Positions 27,267 through 36,518 of a stretch of 64,000 nt of DNA are shown one piece after another. The translations under genes and the position numbers were made by a program. Location: NCBI GenBank assembly GCA_937975765.1, contig CALJUR010000108.1, forward strand, positions 1,574 to 65,573, in the 5' to 3' direction. This DNA is from an uncultured Myxococcales bacterium (GTDB taxonomy: Bacteria; Myxococcota_A; UBA9042; DTJE01). The notes beneath the pieces are model-generated. The model worked only from the letters and a program-made list of their open reading frames with translations. It was not told where the DNA came from and did no database searches. How positions within the stretch are numbered: the stretch's first letter is position 1; each line of letters begins with the position of its first letter.

Positions 27267-29261
27267 ATGCGCATCCAGAGACTGCGTCCGTTCCTGGCCC
27301 TGGCGGCCTTCGCGTGCCTGGCACTGCCGGCCTGCGGAGGCGACGACGACGACGGCAAGCCCGACGCCGCCGACGCGATCGGCGACGTCCCCGCCGAGGA
27401 GGCCCCGGAAGTCGTGTCGGAGACGGGAGCCGAGACCGTCACCGATGCCGTCACCGACACCCTCGCACCCATCGACTGGGACGCGTTCTTCGCGCCGCGC
27501 GGCTGGACCGACGACGGCAAGAAGCGGGTGGTGCTGCTGCACACGAACGACCTGCACTCGCACCTGGACGGCCTGGGCCCGCTGGCGGACTTCTCGCCGG
27601 ACGCGCTGGACTCCGACGGCACGCTGGGCGGCCTGGCGCGGCTGGCGGCGCTGGTCGAGAAGGAGCGCCGGGACCCGCGGCCCGGTGCGGCGGTACTGGC
27701 GGTGGACGGCGGCGACTTCACGTTCGGGTCGGCCTTCTCGGCGCTGTCGCGCAACCTGGGCATCGAACTGAAACTGATGGACGCGATGGGCTTCCTGGGC
27801 ACGACGCTGGGCAACCACGAGATGGACTGGACGCCCAACGGCACCGCGATGGTGGTCGACGCGGGCATCGGCACCGGCGACGGGCTGAAGGTGCTGGCGT
27901 CGAACCTGGTGATCCCGGACGACAAGGCGGCGGCGGACCTGAAGGCCCTGGTGGGCACGAAGATCCTGCCGTGGCGCGTGGTGACCCTCGACAACGGGCT
28001 GAAGGTGGGCCTGTTCGGGCTGCTGGGCACGGGGGCGTGGAAGCTGTCCCCGCACGCCGCGCCGGTCACGGTGCGCCCGCTGGCCGAGGCGGCGAACGAG
28101 GCGATCACGGCGCTGAAGGCCGAGGGCGTGGACCTGATCGTCGCGCTGTCGCACTCGGGCGTCACCGAGGGGGACGGCCCGACCGGCGAGGACGAGACGC
28201 TGGCCGGCGCGGTGGAGGGCATCGACGTCATCGTCAGCGGGCACACGCACACGCTGCTGCCGCAGCCGACCGTGGTCGGGAAGACGCTGATCGTGCAGGC
28301 GGGCTGCTACGGCCAGTACCTGGGCCGGCTGACGCTGGTGAAGGGCGCCGACGGGTTCGAACTGGAGTCCTGGGACACGCTGCCGATCGACGACGCGACG
28401 CCCGGCTTGCCGGACATCACGACGCTGATCGAGGCCGCCGAGGCCCACCTGGACACGACGATGTTCGCTGGGTCGGACTACGGGTACCAGACGCCGGTCG
28501 CGACGACGGGCTTCGACATGATGCCGCTGCAGTTCGCCGAGTCCAACCTGGGCGACTTCGTGGCGGACGCGGTGCGCTGGACGACGTCGAAGTACGACCC
28601 CGAGGGGCCGGTCGAGGTCGTCTTCGAGGCGAACGGCGTCATCCGGGACGGCATCCCGATGGGCCGCACCGGCGAGGTGCGCGTGGGCGACCTGGTGCGG
28701 GTGCTGCCGCTGGGCATCGGGCCGGACGAGGCGCTGGGCTACCCGATGCTGGCGTTCTACCTGTCCGCGGCGGAACTGGCCCAGGCGGCGGAGGTCATCG
28801 TGGGCCTGGCGCCGATCGTGGCCGACAGCTTCTGGCTGCAGGTGTCCGGCCTGAAGTTCGAGTTCGACCCGAACGGCGACCTGCTGTTCATGGTCAACAA
28901 CATCTGGCTGGGCGACGAGGTGGACGGGTACTCGGCCCAGCCGCTGGACTACTCGGCGGCCAACACGCGCCTGTACCGGGTGGCCGCGAACCTGTACATC
29001 GCCCAGATGCTGGGTGTGCTGGAGGACCAGACGGGCGGCATGGTCGCGATCGACATCAAGGACAAGGACGGCAACGTCATCGCGAACCCCGAGGACGCCA
29101 TCATCGACATCGACCCGGACACCGCCGGCGTGCAGGAACTGAAGCTGTGGCGGACCATGATCGAGTATGCCGCGTCGTTCCCCGTGGACTCCGCCACCGG
29201 CCTCCCGAAGATCCCCGACCGCTACGCCACCTCCCTCCAGCGCCTGAAGGCCGCGCCGTAA
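27267..29261 (+). CDS. bifunctional metallophosphatase / 5'-nucleotidase (UshA-like) lipoprotein
   Basis: Lipobox LALPAC. Metallophosphoesterase motifs LHTNDLHSHLDG, DGGDFTFGS, GNHEMD, SGHTH. AAAGGAGGAG RBS. Confidence 0.8.
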   Translation: MRIQRLRPFLALAAFACLALPACGGDDDDGKPDAADAIGDVPAEEAPEVVSETGAETVTDAVTDTLAPIDWDAFFAPRGWTDDGKKRVVLLHTNDLHSHLDGLGPLADFSPDALDSDGTLGGLARLAALVEKERRDPRPGAAVLAVDGGDFTFGSAFSALSRNLGIELKLMDAMGFLGTTLGNHEMDWTPNGTAMVVDAGIGTGDGLKVLASNLVIPDDKAAADLKALVGTKILPWRVVTLDNGLKVGLFGLLGTGAWKLSPHAAPVTVRPLAEAANEAITALKAEGVDLIVALSHSGVTEGDGPTGEDETLAGAVEGIDVIVSGHTHTLLPQPTVVGKTLIVQAGCYGQYLGRLTLVKGADGFELESWDTLPIDDATPGLPDITTLIEAAEAHLDTTMFAGSDYGYQTPVATTGFDMMPLQFAESNLGDFVADAVRWTTSKYDPEGPVEVVFEANGVIRDGIPMGRTGEVRVGDLVRVLPLGIGPDEALGYPMLAFYLSAAELAQAAEVIVGLAPIVADSFWLQVSGLKFEFDPNGDLLFMVNNIWLGDEVDGYSAQPLDYSAANTRLYRVAANLYIAQMLGVLEDQTGGMVAIDIKDKDGNVIANPEDAIIDIDPDTAGVQELKLWRTMIEYAASFPVDSATGLPKIPDRYATSLQRLKAAP

Positions 29262-29264
29262 ATA

Positions 29265-29386
29265 GGGGACAGTCACCATTATTCATTACGCAACTGCTCG
29301 ATTTCATGGAATATCCTGAAGCATTCATAATGAATCGTGGAAATACGAGGTGTTATCTCGCCAACCAGGGTGACTATCCCTGAATT
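29265..29386. repeat. MITE-like AT-rich element: 12-bp terminal inverted repeats GGGGACAGTCACC / GGTGACTATCCC enclosing ~95 nt of ~40% GC sequence with internal palindrome ATTCATAATGAAT
   Basis: Extreme GC drop in a 72% GC genome. Arm B1 (29265..29296) is the inverted partner of 21186..21222. Arm B2 (29368..29386) is a direct partial copy. Confidence 0.5.
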
Positions 29387-32300
29387 TCAGTCGGGCAGCG
29401 CCACGGCGCACGCCATCGGGTGGTGGTCGAAGTAGACGATGTCGGTGACGGCGGGATGGCCGTCGGTGACGCCGGCGGACCAGCACGACCCGGTCAGCAC
29501 GTCCGACAGCACGTGGTCGATGTTGAAGAAGCCGGCGTAGGTGGGCATGGCCTCGGGGCCGACCTCGTCCAGGAAGTGGAAGGCCTTGCCCGGCCCCGCG
29601 AAGTCGTTCAGCCGCGCCGCGCTGGGGTCCGCCTCGGCCATCCGCCCGGGGTCGGTGTTGAAGTCGCCCATCACCAGGTTCGTCGCGCCGTTCGCACCCG
29701 GCTGGCCGTCCCCCAGGCCCAGGTCCACGAAGACCCTTTCGAACTGCCGCACCCGGCACTGCTGGTCGGACGCCTCGATGCCCGACGAGCCGTGCACGTT
29801 GACCAGCGTCAGCGGGCCGGCCCCGTCCCACCGGTCGATCACGCCGCGGCCGATCCGCGTGCCGCTGCCGCAGCCCTCGATCGTCCCGCCTTCCATCCCC
29901 TCCAGGCACAGGTCCGAGTCGCAGCCCCGGAAGCGCCCGAACCGCCGGTGCACGCCCGCGCACTTGTCCGTCTTGGCCCGGTGGCACATCACCTGGTAGT
30001 CCCCGCCCAGGATCGTCTGCGCCACGATCGGCATGCCCGCCGCCCAGCCGTCGCAGACGAAGCCCGCCTGCGCCTCGACCGGGATCCCCGCGCACTCGTT
30101 CGGGTCGAAGATCTCCTGGAACGCCACCACGTCCGGGTCGGTCGCGGCCAGCCACGCCCGCGCCGCGTCGATGGACGGCACCCAGGACAGCCCGTTGCCG
30201 TACCACTGGTCCGTCCACTCGGCCTGCTGCGGCCCGTACCCCCCGGGGGGCGCCGACGGATCGACCGTGCCCGACGTGCCGGTGTTGAACGTGACCGCCG
30301 TCATCGTGCGCGCCGGCGCCGCCGTCGCCAGCCGCGCCCCGGTCGCGAAGTCCAGGTACAGCCGGTGCCCGTCCGCCTGCACGTCGTAGCGCGCCTCGTC
30401 GAACCGGGCAGCCACGAACGGGTTGTCGAAGCGCCCGTCCCAGCGCAGCGGGATCTCCTGCCCGGCCACCACCAGCGGGTCGTGCCACCCGAACGTCACC
30501 GTGCCGCGCCCGGGCGCCTCCCAGGTCACGCGGTACCCGTCGTCGAACCCGTCCGCGTCCACGTCGGGCACCGGTTCCGCCGCAATGGCCGACGCCGCCA
30601 GCGCCGTCGTGAAGGCCTCGAACGACCCCCACTCCCCCGCGTCGCCCACCTGCACCACCCAGGCGTTCCGCGCGCCGTCCGCCACCAGGTCGAACGGCAG
30701 CCCCGCGTTCTCGAAGACCTCGGGCTGGCCCGTCCGCCAGTGCGTCGGCTGGAAGGACCACAGCCCCACGTAGGCCGCGCCCTTGCGCCCGAACGTCCAC
30801 TTCCCGTCCTGCACCACCTGGTCGAAGTGCGCGTGCGGGAAGTACGCGTGCGTCTCGTCCCGGTAGTCGAACTGCGACAGGCCCAGCGGCTTCGCCTCGA
30901 ACTGCGGCGCGTACAGGATCACCGCCAGGTCCCGGTGCTGGCCGATCCGCGGCAGCGACGAGTCGCCCGTCCAGTAGCCCGCCCCGTGCTCGTCGCTCGA
31001 CTGCCAGTCCCACGTCGCGGGCACCGGCTCGCCCTCCTTCAGGGGCAGCGCGCCCGGATGCTGCGTGAAGACCACCGCCGTTTCGTCCAGCGTCGCCTGC
31101 CACGCGTGCACCTGCATCGCGTTGCTGCCCTTCCGGTAGTCCTGCACGCTGGACAGCATCGCGTGGGCCGTCCGGTACGTCTTCGTGTGGACCTCCTGCA
31201 GCAGGCCCGAGTTGAAGATGCGCCAGAACAGCTGGTACAGCGGGAAGATGTCCTGCATCAGCACGTCCACCGGCTGGGTCAGGTCCAGCAGGCCCGCCAC
31301 GATCGAGATGGACTCGAACTGGCCCTCCCACAGCCCGTACCGGGTCGCCACGTCCAGCGTCAGCGGCAGCAGCGGCCACGACGTGAACGCCCCCATCGAC
31401 CACCACAGCCCCAGGTTCGCCTCGTCGTAGGCCAGCCCGTACGGCGGCGGCGGCACCGGGTCGTCGTACGCCGCGGGCGGCTCCTCGGGCACCGGCAGGT
31501 TCATGCGCTCGCGGTCCTCCATCGGCCCGTCGTGCCGCGCCACGGCCCGGATCGCGTACGGCATCGCGTACTTCTCGGACCGCGCGAACAGCACCGTCGC
31601 CATCGGCGCGGCGTCCTTCCACGGCAGCACCGTGTCGTCGAAGAAGAACTTCGTCGCGTTGAACGTGTCCTCCTTCACCGCGGCCGGCTTGTCCTTGATG
31701 TACGACCGCCCGTGCGTGACGCCGAAGTTGCCGCGATGCACGTGCAGCGCGACGTCCAGCCAGAACAGGTCCAGCACCATCGCGGCCTTCTGCCGGACCT
31801 CGTCGTCGTCGGCCCACTCGACCAGCGTGATCAGCGGGTTCATGTCCCAGTTGTAGTAGACGTCCGAATGCCACTCGGTGAAGCCCCATCGGGCCCGTTC
31901 CTCCAGCCAGCGCAGGATCTCGACGCGCGCCCGGTCCCGGTGCCACGCGCCGGTCTGCCCGGTGACCTCGAAGGTGCGATCCGGAAATCGCTGGCCCATC
32001 AGGAACTCGACCGTCCGGAAGATCAGCTGGTGGTTCTCGGACCAGTACCACATGCCGTCCACGACGGGCTGGCCGCCGGACTCGCGCGCCGGCGTCGGGT
32101 CGGAGAACCAGTACTTGAAGGCCAGCAGGGCGTCCTCCAGGCGCGTCCGCAGCGCGGCGGGCAGCGCCGGGTGGCCGTCGGTCGCGTACAGCAGGTTGAC
32201 CAGCCGGCACGCGTCGAAGTCGCTGGTGTCCCGCAGCCGGTACATCTTGTCCAGCACGCCGTCGAAGGCGTCCAGGGGCACGACGTCGGCCGGCACCTCC

Positions 32301-32665
32301 GGGAAGCCCATCCGGTTCGCGCAGGCGAGGTGCGCCAGCAGGTGCATCGGGTCGCGGCCGTTCAGCGGCACGCTGCAGGAATGCGCCAGGAAGTCCTGCT
32401 GCCGGGCGCGCTGCCACGCGGGGATCCCGTCGGGCATCGCGGGCAGGTCCGGCGGGCCGGCGTCGGCGTCGGTCGCCTCTTCCAGGGTCTCCCCCGGGGC
32501 GTCCTCCCATTCCGCGGCATCGAAGGCGTCCTGCACCGCCTCCTCCGCCGCGTCCGCCCCGTCCCCCGAGGGGTCGGTCGCGGCATCCCGCGCGTCCTGC
32601 GAGCCGCCCCCGCAGCCCGCCAGCACGACCACCATCCCCAGCCACATCCCGACGCCACGTCTCAT
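29387..32665 (-). CDS. large lipoprotein (1092 aa) with C-terminal endonuclease/exonuclease/phosphatase (EEP) domain; N-terminal ~800 aa unassigned
   Basis: Lipobox in MRRGVGMWLGMVVVLAGCGGG. C-terminal EEP motifs VVAFQEI, LVNVHGSSG, GDFNTD, NIDHVLSD. Confidence 0.7.
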   Translation of the reverse strand: MRRGVGMWLGMVVVLAGCGGGSQDARDAATDPSGDGADAAEEAVQDAFDAAEWEDAPGETLEEATDADAGPPDLPAMPDGIPAWQRARQQDFLAHSCSVPLNGRDPMHLLAHLACANRMGFPEVPADVVPLDAFDGVLDKMYRLRDTSDFDACRLVNLLYATDGHPALPAALRTRLEDALLAFKYWFSDPTPARESGGQPVVDGMWYWSENHQLIFRTVEFLMGQRFPDRTFEVTGQTGAWHRDRARVEILRWLEERARWGFTEWHSDVYYNWDMNPLITLVEWADDDEVRQKAAMVLDLFWLDVALHVHRGNFGVTHGRSYIKDKPAAVKEDTFNATKFFFDDTVLPWKDAAPMATVLFARSEKYAMPYAIRAVARHDGPMEDRERMNLPVPEEPPAAYDDPVPPPPYGLAYDEANLGLWWSMGAFTSWPLLPLTLDVATRYGLWEGQFESISIVAGLLDLTQPVDVLMQDIFPLYQLFWRIFNSGLLQEVHTKTYRTAHAMLSSVQDYRKGSNAMQVHAWQATLDETAVVFTQHPGALPLKEGEPVPATWDWQSSDEHGAGYWTGDSSLPRIGQHRDLAVILYAPQFEAKPLGLSQFDYRDETHAYFPHAHFDQVVQDGKWTFGRKGAAYVGLWSFQPTHWRTGQPEVFENAGLPFDLVADGARNAWVVQVGDAGEWGSFEAFTTALAASAIAAEPVPDVDADGFDDGYRVTWEAPGRGTVTFGWHDPLVVAGQEIPLRWDGRFDNPFVAARFDEARYDVQADGHRLYLDFATGARLATAAPARTMTAVTFNTGTSGTVDPSAPPGGYGPQQAEWTDQWYGNGLSWVPSIDAARAWLAATDPDVVAFQEIFDPNECAGIPVEAQAGFVCDGWAAGMPIVAQTILGGDYQVMCHRAKTDKCAGVHRRFGRFRGCDSDLCLEGMEGGTIEGCGSGTRIGRGVIDRWDGAGPLTLVNVHGSSGIEASDQQCRVRQFERVFVDLGLGDGQPGANGATNLVMGDFNTDPGRMAEADPSAARLNDFAGPGKAFHFLDEVGPEAMPTYAGFFNIDHVLSDVLTGSCWSAGVTDGHPAVTDIVYFDHHPMACAVALPD

Positions 32666-32810
32666 GCCCCACCTCGCCCTGGAACGGTACGAACCCCGGC
32701 CGGAAGCATACCATCGGCCGGCCCTGCCCCGACGGCCCCGTGAAGCCCCGGACCCGCCACCCCGGCCGCTCGTGTGCTATCTTCCTCCAGGAACCAGGAG
32801 GTTCCCCGGA

Positions 32811-34442
32811 TTGCGCAAGCCTCACCTGCGGTTCTGGTCCATCCCGCTGGTCGTCCTGGCCCTGGCCGGGCCGCTGGCGATCACGACGCATGCCGAGCAG
32901 GAGCGCCAGTACGAGTCGCTGCGGGCCCTGTTCGAGGCCCACGCCCGCTTCGTCGGGAACCTGGTCCGGGAGGCCTCCCAGGAGGCCGCCTGGTCCACCA
33001 GCCAGGCCTACGAGATGTCCGCCGACAACGCCGCCCGGTGCCTGGGGTTGCTGGGGATTCCCGGCGCCGTCGAGGATTGCGCCGCGATCCGGTCCCGGAT
33101 CCCCGACCTGGTCGTGTGGGCGGCCGTCGATGGCACCGGGGTTCGCGGTTGCACGGGTCCCCTGGCCGCCCCGGAACGGGTCGCGTTCGTGGAAGGCGTC
33201 CTGGCCGCGCCCGACCCGGGTTTCGTGGACGACGACCGCACCCGGGCGGCCGGGGTGTTCTGCGTGGCGGATCCGTCGCCCGGCGTCGCCACGGTCCTGT
33301 GCCTGGACCGCCGCCCGCTGGACGAGACCCGGCGGGAGGTGGGCCTGGGCCCCCTGCTGGCCGGCCTGAAGGACCCGGGCCTGGACTACGTCGTGGTGCA
33401 GGACGCCGGCGGGCTGCTGGCGGCCTCCCCGGATCCCGGGCAGGTCTCGACCTTCGCGGAGGACCCGCTGCTGGAACAGGTCCTTTCGGGCCCCGACGAC
33501 GGCGTGCAGGGACGGCTGCTGGTCCGGGACGGGCGCACCACCTACGAAATCGTCGGGCCGCTGGACCTGGCGGACGGCACGCGGGCGCTGGTTCGGGCGG
33601 CGCTGGACGCAGGCGAACTGGATCGCCTGCGGGACCGGATCGCGCGCCGCATGACGCTGATGGCGGGGGTACTGGGGACCGCGGTGCTGCTGGGCGCAGC
33701 GCTGGCGTGGGTGCTGTCGTTCGCGTCGCGACGGAGGCGGGAGTTCGAGGCTGCCCTGCAGCAGCGCGAGGAGGAGTCCCGCCACTGGCAGTCCCTGGGG
33801 CAGATGGCGGCGACGGTCGCCCACGAAGTCCGCAACCCCCTGAACACGATCGGGATGGCCCTGCAGCGGCTGGCCCGGGAGGTCCGGGTGACCCCGGAGG
33901 ACGAGGCCGGCTTCCGGGAGCTGCTGGAACTGTCCGGCGGCGCCGCCGACCGGGTCGAACGGGTGGTGGGGGACTTCCTGGAACTGGGCAAGCCGCTGGA
34001 TCTGGACCTGCGGCGGCACCCGGCCGGGCCGCTGGTGTCGGAGACCCTGGCCCCGCTGGCGATGCGCGCCCGGTCCGAGTCCCGGAACCTGGTGGTCGAG
34101 TGCGATTGCCCCGGCGAGGTTCGCGTGGACCGGCGGCGGTTCCAGCAGGTGGTCGCGAACCTGGTGGCAAACGCGCTGGATGCCGTCGGGCCGGGCGGGA
34201 CCGTCCGGGTGTTCGCGTCCTGCGGCGACGAGGGCTTCCGGATGACCGTCGAGGACGACGGGCCGGGGATGGACGCGGCCACGCTGGACCGGGTGCAGGC
34301 CCCGTTCGTCACCACCAAGGCGCACGGGACTGGCCTGGGGCTGCCGCTGGCGAAGCGGCTGGTGGAGGCGCACGGCGGGCGGCTGGTCCTGGAATCGGCG
34401 CCGGGACGCGGCACGCGGGCCACCGTGACGCTGCCCCGGTGA
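32811..34442 (+). CDS. sensor histidine kinase (two TM, HisKA + HATPase_c)
   Basis: TTG start 9 nt after AGGAGG. H-box ATVAHEVRNPL. N, G1 and G2 boxes (VANLVANALDA, EDDGPGM, GTGLGL). Confidence 0.75.
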   Translation: MRKPHLRFWSIPLVVLALAGPLAITTHAEQERQYESLRALFEAHARFVGNLVREASQEAAWSTSQAYEMSADNAARCLGLLGIPGAVEDCAAIRSRIPDLVVWAAVDGTGVRGCTGPLAAPERVAFVEGVLAAPDPGFVDDDRTRAAGVFCVADPSPGVATVLCLDRRPLDETRREVGLGPLLAGLKDPGLDYVVVQDAGGLLAASPDPGQVSTFAEDPLLEQVLSGPDDGVQGRLLVRDGRTTYEIVGPLDLADGTRALVRAALDAGELDRLRDRIARRMTLMAGVLGTAVLLGAALAWVLSFASRRRREFEAALQQREEESRHWQSLGQMAATVAHEVRNPLNTIGMALQRLAREVRVTPEDEAGFRELLELSGGAADRVERVVGDFLELGKPLDLDLRRHPAGPLVSETLAPLAMRARSESRNLVVECDCPGEVRVDRRRFQQVVANLVANALDAVGPGGTVRVFASCGDEGFRMTVEDDGPGMDAATLDRVQAPFVTTKAHGTGLGLPLAKRLVEAHGGRLVLESAPGRGTRATVTLPR

Positions 34443-34488
34443 GTCACGCAGCCCGGCCCCGACCCGGGCCGGCGGAAGGAAGGACGCG

Positions 34489-35856
34489 ATGGAACGCCCG
34501 GACAAGCCGACCCTGCTGCTGGTCGAGGACGACGACGCCCAGCGGCGCATGCTGTCGGGATTCCTGAAGAAGGCCGGCCATGCCGTGCTGGAGGCGGGCT
34601 CGGCGTCGCAGGCACGCGCGGCGGCACGGGACCAGCCGATCGACCTGCTGATCACTGACCTGCGGCTGGGCGGTCCCGACGGCATCGAACTGCTTCACGA
34701 CCTCCGCGGCGATCACCCCGACGTGCAGGCCATCGTGGTCACCGCCTTCGGGACCGTCGAGGACGCGGTGCGCGCCATGCGCGCCGGGGCGTACGACTTC
34801 GTCGCGAAGCCGGTCGACCTGGAGCGGCTGGAGACGCTGGTCGCCAAGGCGCTGGAGAAGGTGGCGCTGGCCCGCGAGAACCGGACGCTGCGCCGGGCGG
34901 TCGAGGTCGCGGACGCCTTCTCCGACTGGGTGGGAGACAGCCCGGCGATCCGGCAGGTCAAGGAACTGGCGATCAAGGTGGCGCCCAGCCGGGCGTCCGT
35001 GCTGATCCTGGGGGAGTCCGGGACCGGCAAGGAGGTCGTGGCCCGCGCGATCCACCGGATGTCGCCCCGGCGGGACGGCCCGTTCGTCACGCTGAACTGC
35101 GCGGTGTTCAGCGAGACGCTGGTCGAGTCGGAACTGTTCGGCCACGAGCGCGGGTCGTTCACCGGGGCCTCGTCGCAGAAGATCGGGCGGTTCGAACTGG
35201 CCAAGGGCGGCACGCTGTTCCTGGACGAGGTCGGCGACATCCCCCCCGCGGTCCAGGTGAAACTGCTGAACGTGCTGCAGACAGGGACCTTCGAGCGCGT
35301 CGGGGGCACGAAGCCGCTGACGACGGACGCCCGGGTCGTCGCGGCGACGCACCGGGACCTGGCGGCCCGCATCGCGACGGGCGAGTTCCGGGCCGACCTG
35401 TTCTACCGGCTGAACGTCGTGTCGCTGCACGTGCCGGCCCTGCGGGACCGCCCCGGGGACATCCCGTCCCTGGCGGCCCACTTCCTGCGCAAGCACGCCG
35501 ACCTGTCCGCGAAGGGGGTGGCCGGCGTGTCGCGCGAGGCGCTGGAGAACCTGGCCCGACACCCGTTCCCGGGCAACATCCGCGAACTGGAGAACCTGGT
35601 CGAGCGGGCCCTCGTGCTGGCGGACGGGCCGATCCTGGAGGCGAGAGACTTCCCGCTGGCCGCGGCCGGATCACCCGGGCCCGCGGGGGACGCGATGGCC
35701 GGGGACGGTCTGGAGGCGCAGGTGGCGCGCCTGGAACGCAACCTGATCGCGCGGGCGCTGGCCCGCCACGGCGGCAACCAGAGTGCCGCCGCCCGCGACC
35801 TGGGCCTGACCGAGCGCGCGGTCCGGTACAAGATGCAGAAGCTGGGGCTGTCGTGA
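34489..35856 (+). CDS. sigma-54-dependent response regulator, NtrC/AtoC family
   Basis: Receiver domain with LITDLRLGGPDG. AAA+ domain with GESGTGKE, the sigma-54 contact motif ESELFGHERGSFTGA, and arginine finger. C-terminal HTH QSAAARDLGLTERAVRYKMQKLG. Confidence 0.9.
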   Translation: MERPDKPTLLLVEDDDAQRRMLSGFLKKAGHAVLEAGSASQARAAARDQPIDLLITDLRLGGPDGIELLHDLRGDHPDVQAIVVTAFGTVEDAVRAMRAGAYDFVAKPVDLERLETLVAKALEKVALARENRTLRRAVEVADAFSDWVGDSPAIRQVKELAIKVAPSRASVLILGESGTGKEVVARAIHRMSPRRDGPFVTLNCAVFSETLVESELFGHERGSFTGASSQKIGRFELAKGGTLFLDEVGDIPPAVQVKLLNVLQTGTFERVGGTKPLTTDARVVAATHRDLAARIATGEFRADLFYRLNVVSLHVPALRDRPGDIPSLAAHFLRKHADLSAKGVAGVSREALENLARHPFPGNIRELENLVERALVLADGPILEARDFPLAAAGSPGPAGDAMAGDGLEAQVARLERNLIARALARHGGNQSAAARDLGLTERAVRYKMQKLGLS

Positions 35857-35990
35857 CGACCCGGCGGATCGACGCGCGGGTCGAACGGTTCGACGAAAAC
35901 GTCGAAGCCCGGACGCCGACCCGCAACGGTGGTTGGTATTCTTCTTGTGTTCACCGCGGGTTGCAACCAGGCACAAGCCGGCAACCCCCG

Positions 35991-36005
35991 TGGCACGCCC
36001 CTTGC
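35991..36005 (+). promoter_or_regulatory. sigma-54 promoter (-24/-12): TGGCAC-GCCCC-TTGC
   Basis: Exact match to the TGGCAC-N5-TTGC consensus, 135 bp downstream of the NtrC-type regulator and about 60 bp upstream of ATG 36066. Confidence 0.7.
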
Positions 36006-36065
36006 GAAACGTCCTTCTCGTCGGCCCGATGGCGGGCCGCGACTCTTTCCTCGGGAGGTTCGATC

Positions 36066-36458
36066 ATGAAGAGGACGCTGAAGAACCTGATGCTGGCCGC
36101 CGCCATCGCGGCGATTCCTGCCGCGGCGTTCGCGCAGGACACCGGCACGGAGAAGGGCAAGGGCGTTGCGGCCCAGGACCAGGCCGGGGACCAGGTCGGG
36201 GACCAGCTCCGGGGCCGGGACCGCGACCGGCTGAAGGACGGCACGGGCCCGGGCTTCGTCGATGCCGACGGCGACGGCATCTGCGACAACCAGGCGACCG
36301 GCGGCCAGAAGCTGGGCCAGGGCAAGGGCAAGGGCAAGGGGCTGGGGAAGGGCCAGGGGGCCGGCAAGGGCAAGGGCCTCCACGGCGCCGGCTTCGTCGA
36401 TGCCGACGGAGACGGGGTCTGCGACAACGCCCGGAACCGCAAGGGCCAGGCCCGCTAG
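36066..36458 (+). CDS. small secreted Gly/Lys-rich protein with two Excalibur-like Ca-binding motifs (FVDADGDGICDN, FVDADGDGVCDN)
   Basis: GGGAGG RBS. Signal peptide MKRTLKNLMLAAAIAAIPAAAFA. DxDxDGxxCD motifs. Confidence 0.6.
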   Translation: MKRTLKNLMLAAAIAAIPAAAFAQDTGTEKGKGVAAQDQAGDQVGDQLRGRDRDRLKDGTGPGFVDADGDGICDNQATGGQKLGQGKGKGKGLGKGQGAGKGKGLHGAGFVDADGDGVCDNARNRKGQAR

Positions 36459-36479
36459 TCCGAACGTCCCTGGCGACGG

Positions 36480-36504
36480 CCCGGGGGAGCGAGTCTCCCC
36501 CGGG
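36480..36504 (+). terminator. perfect 10-bp GC stem hairpin CCCGGGGGAG-cgagt-CTCCCCCGGG between the two paralogous small genes (attenuator/terminator-like, no U-tract)
   Basis: Perfect inverted repeat seen directly in sequence. Lies 22 nt after the stop at 36458 and 14 nt before ATG 36519. Confidence 0.3.
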
Positions 36505-36518
36505 CATCGGGAGCGATC

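Noticed and set aside
21203-34685. 2726-aa plus ORF (21203..29383), 1761-aa minus ORF (23994..29279), 1786-aa minus ORF (29325..34685) and similar giants
   Set aside because: They overlap several well-supported genes on the other strand or frame. Translations are low-complexity R/G/P/A. No RBS or start context.
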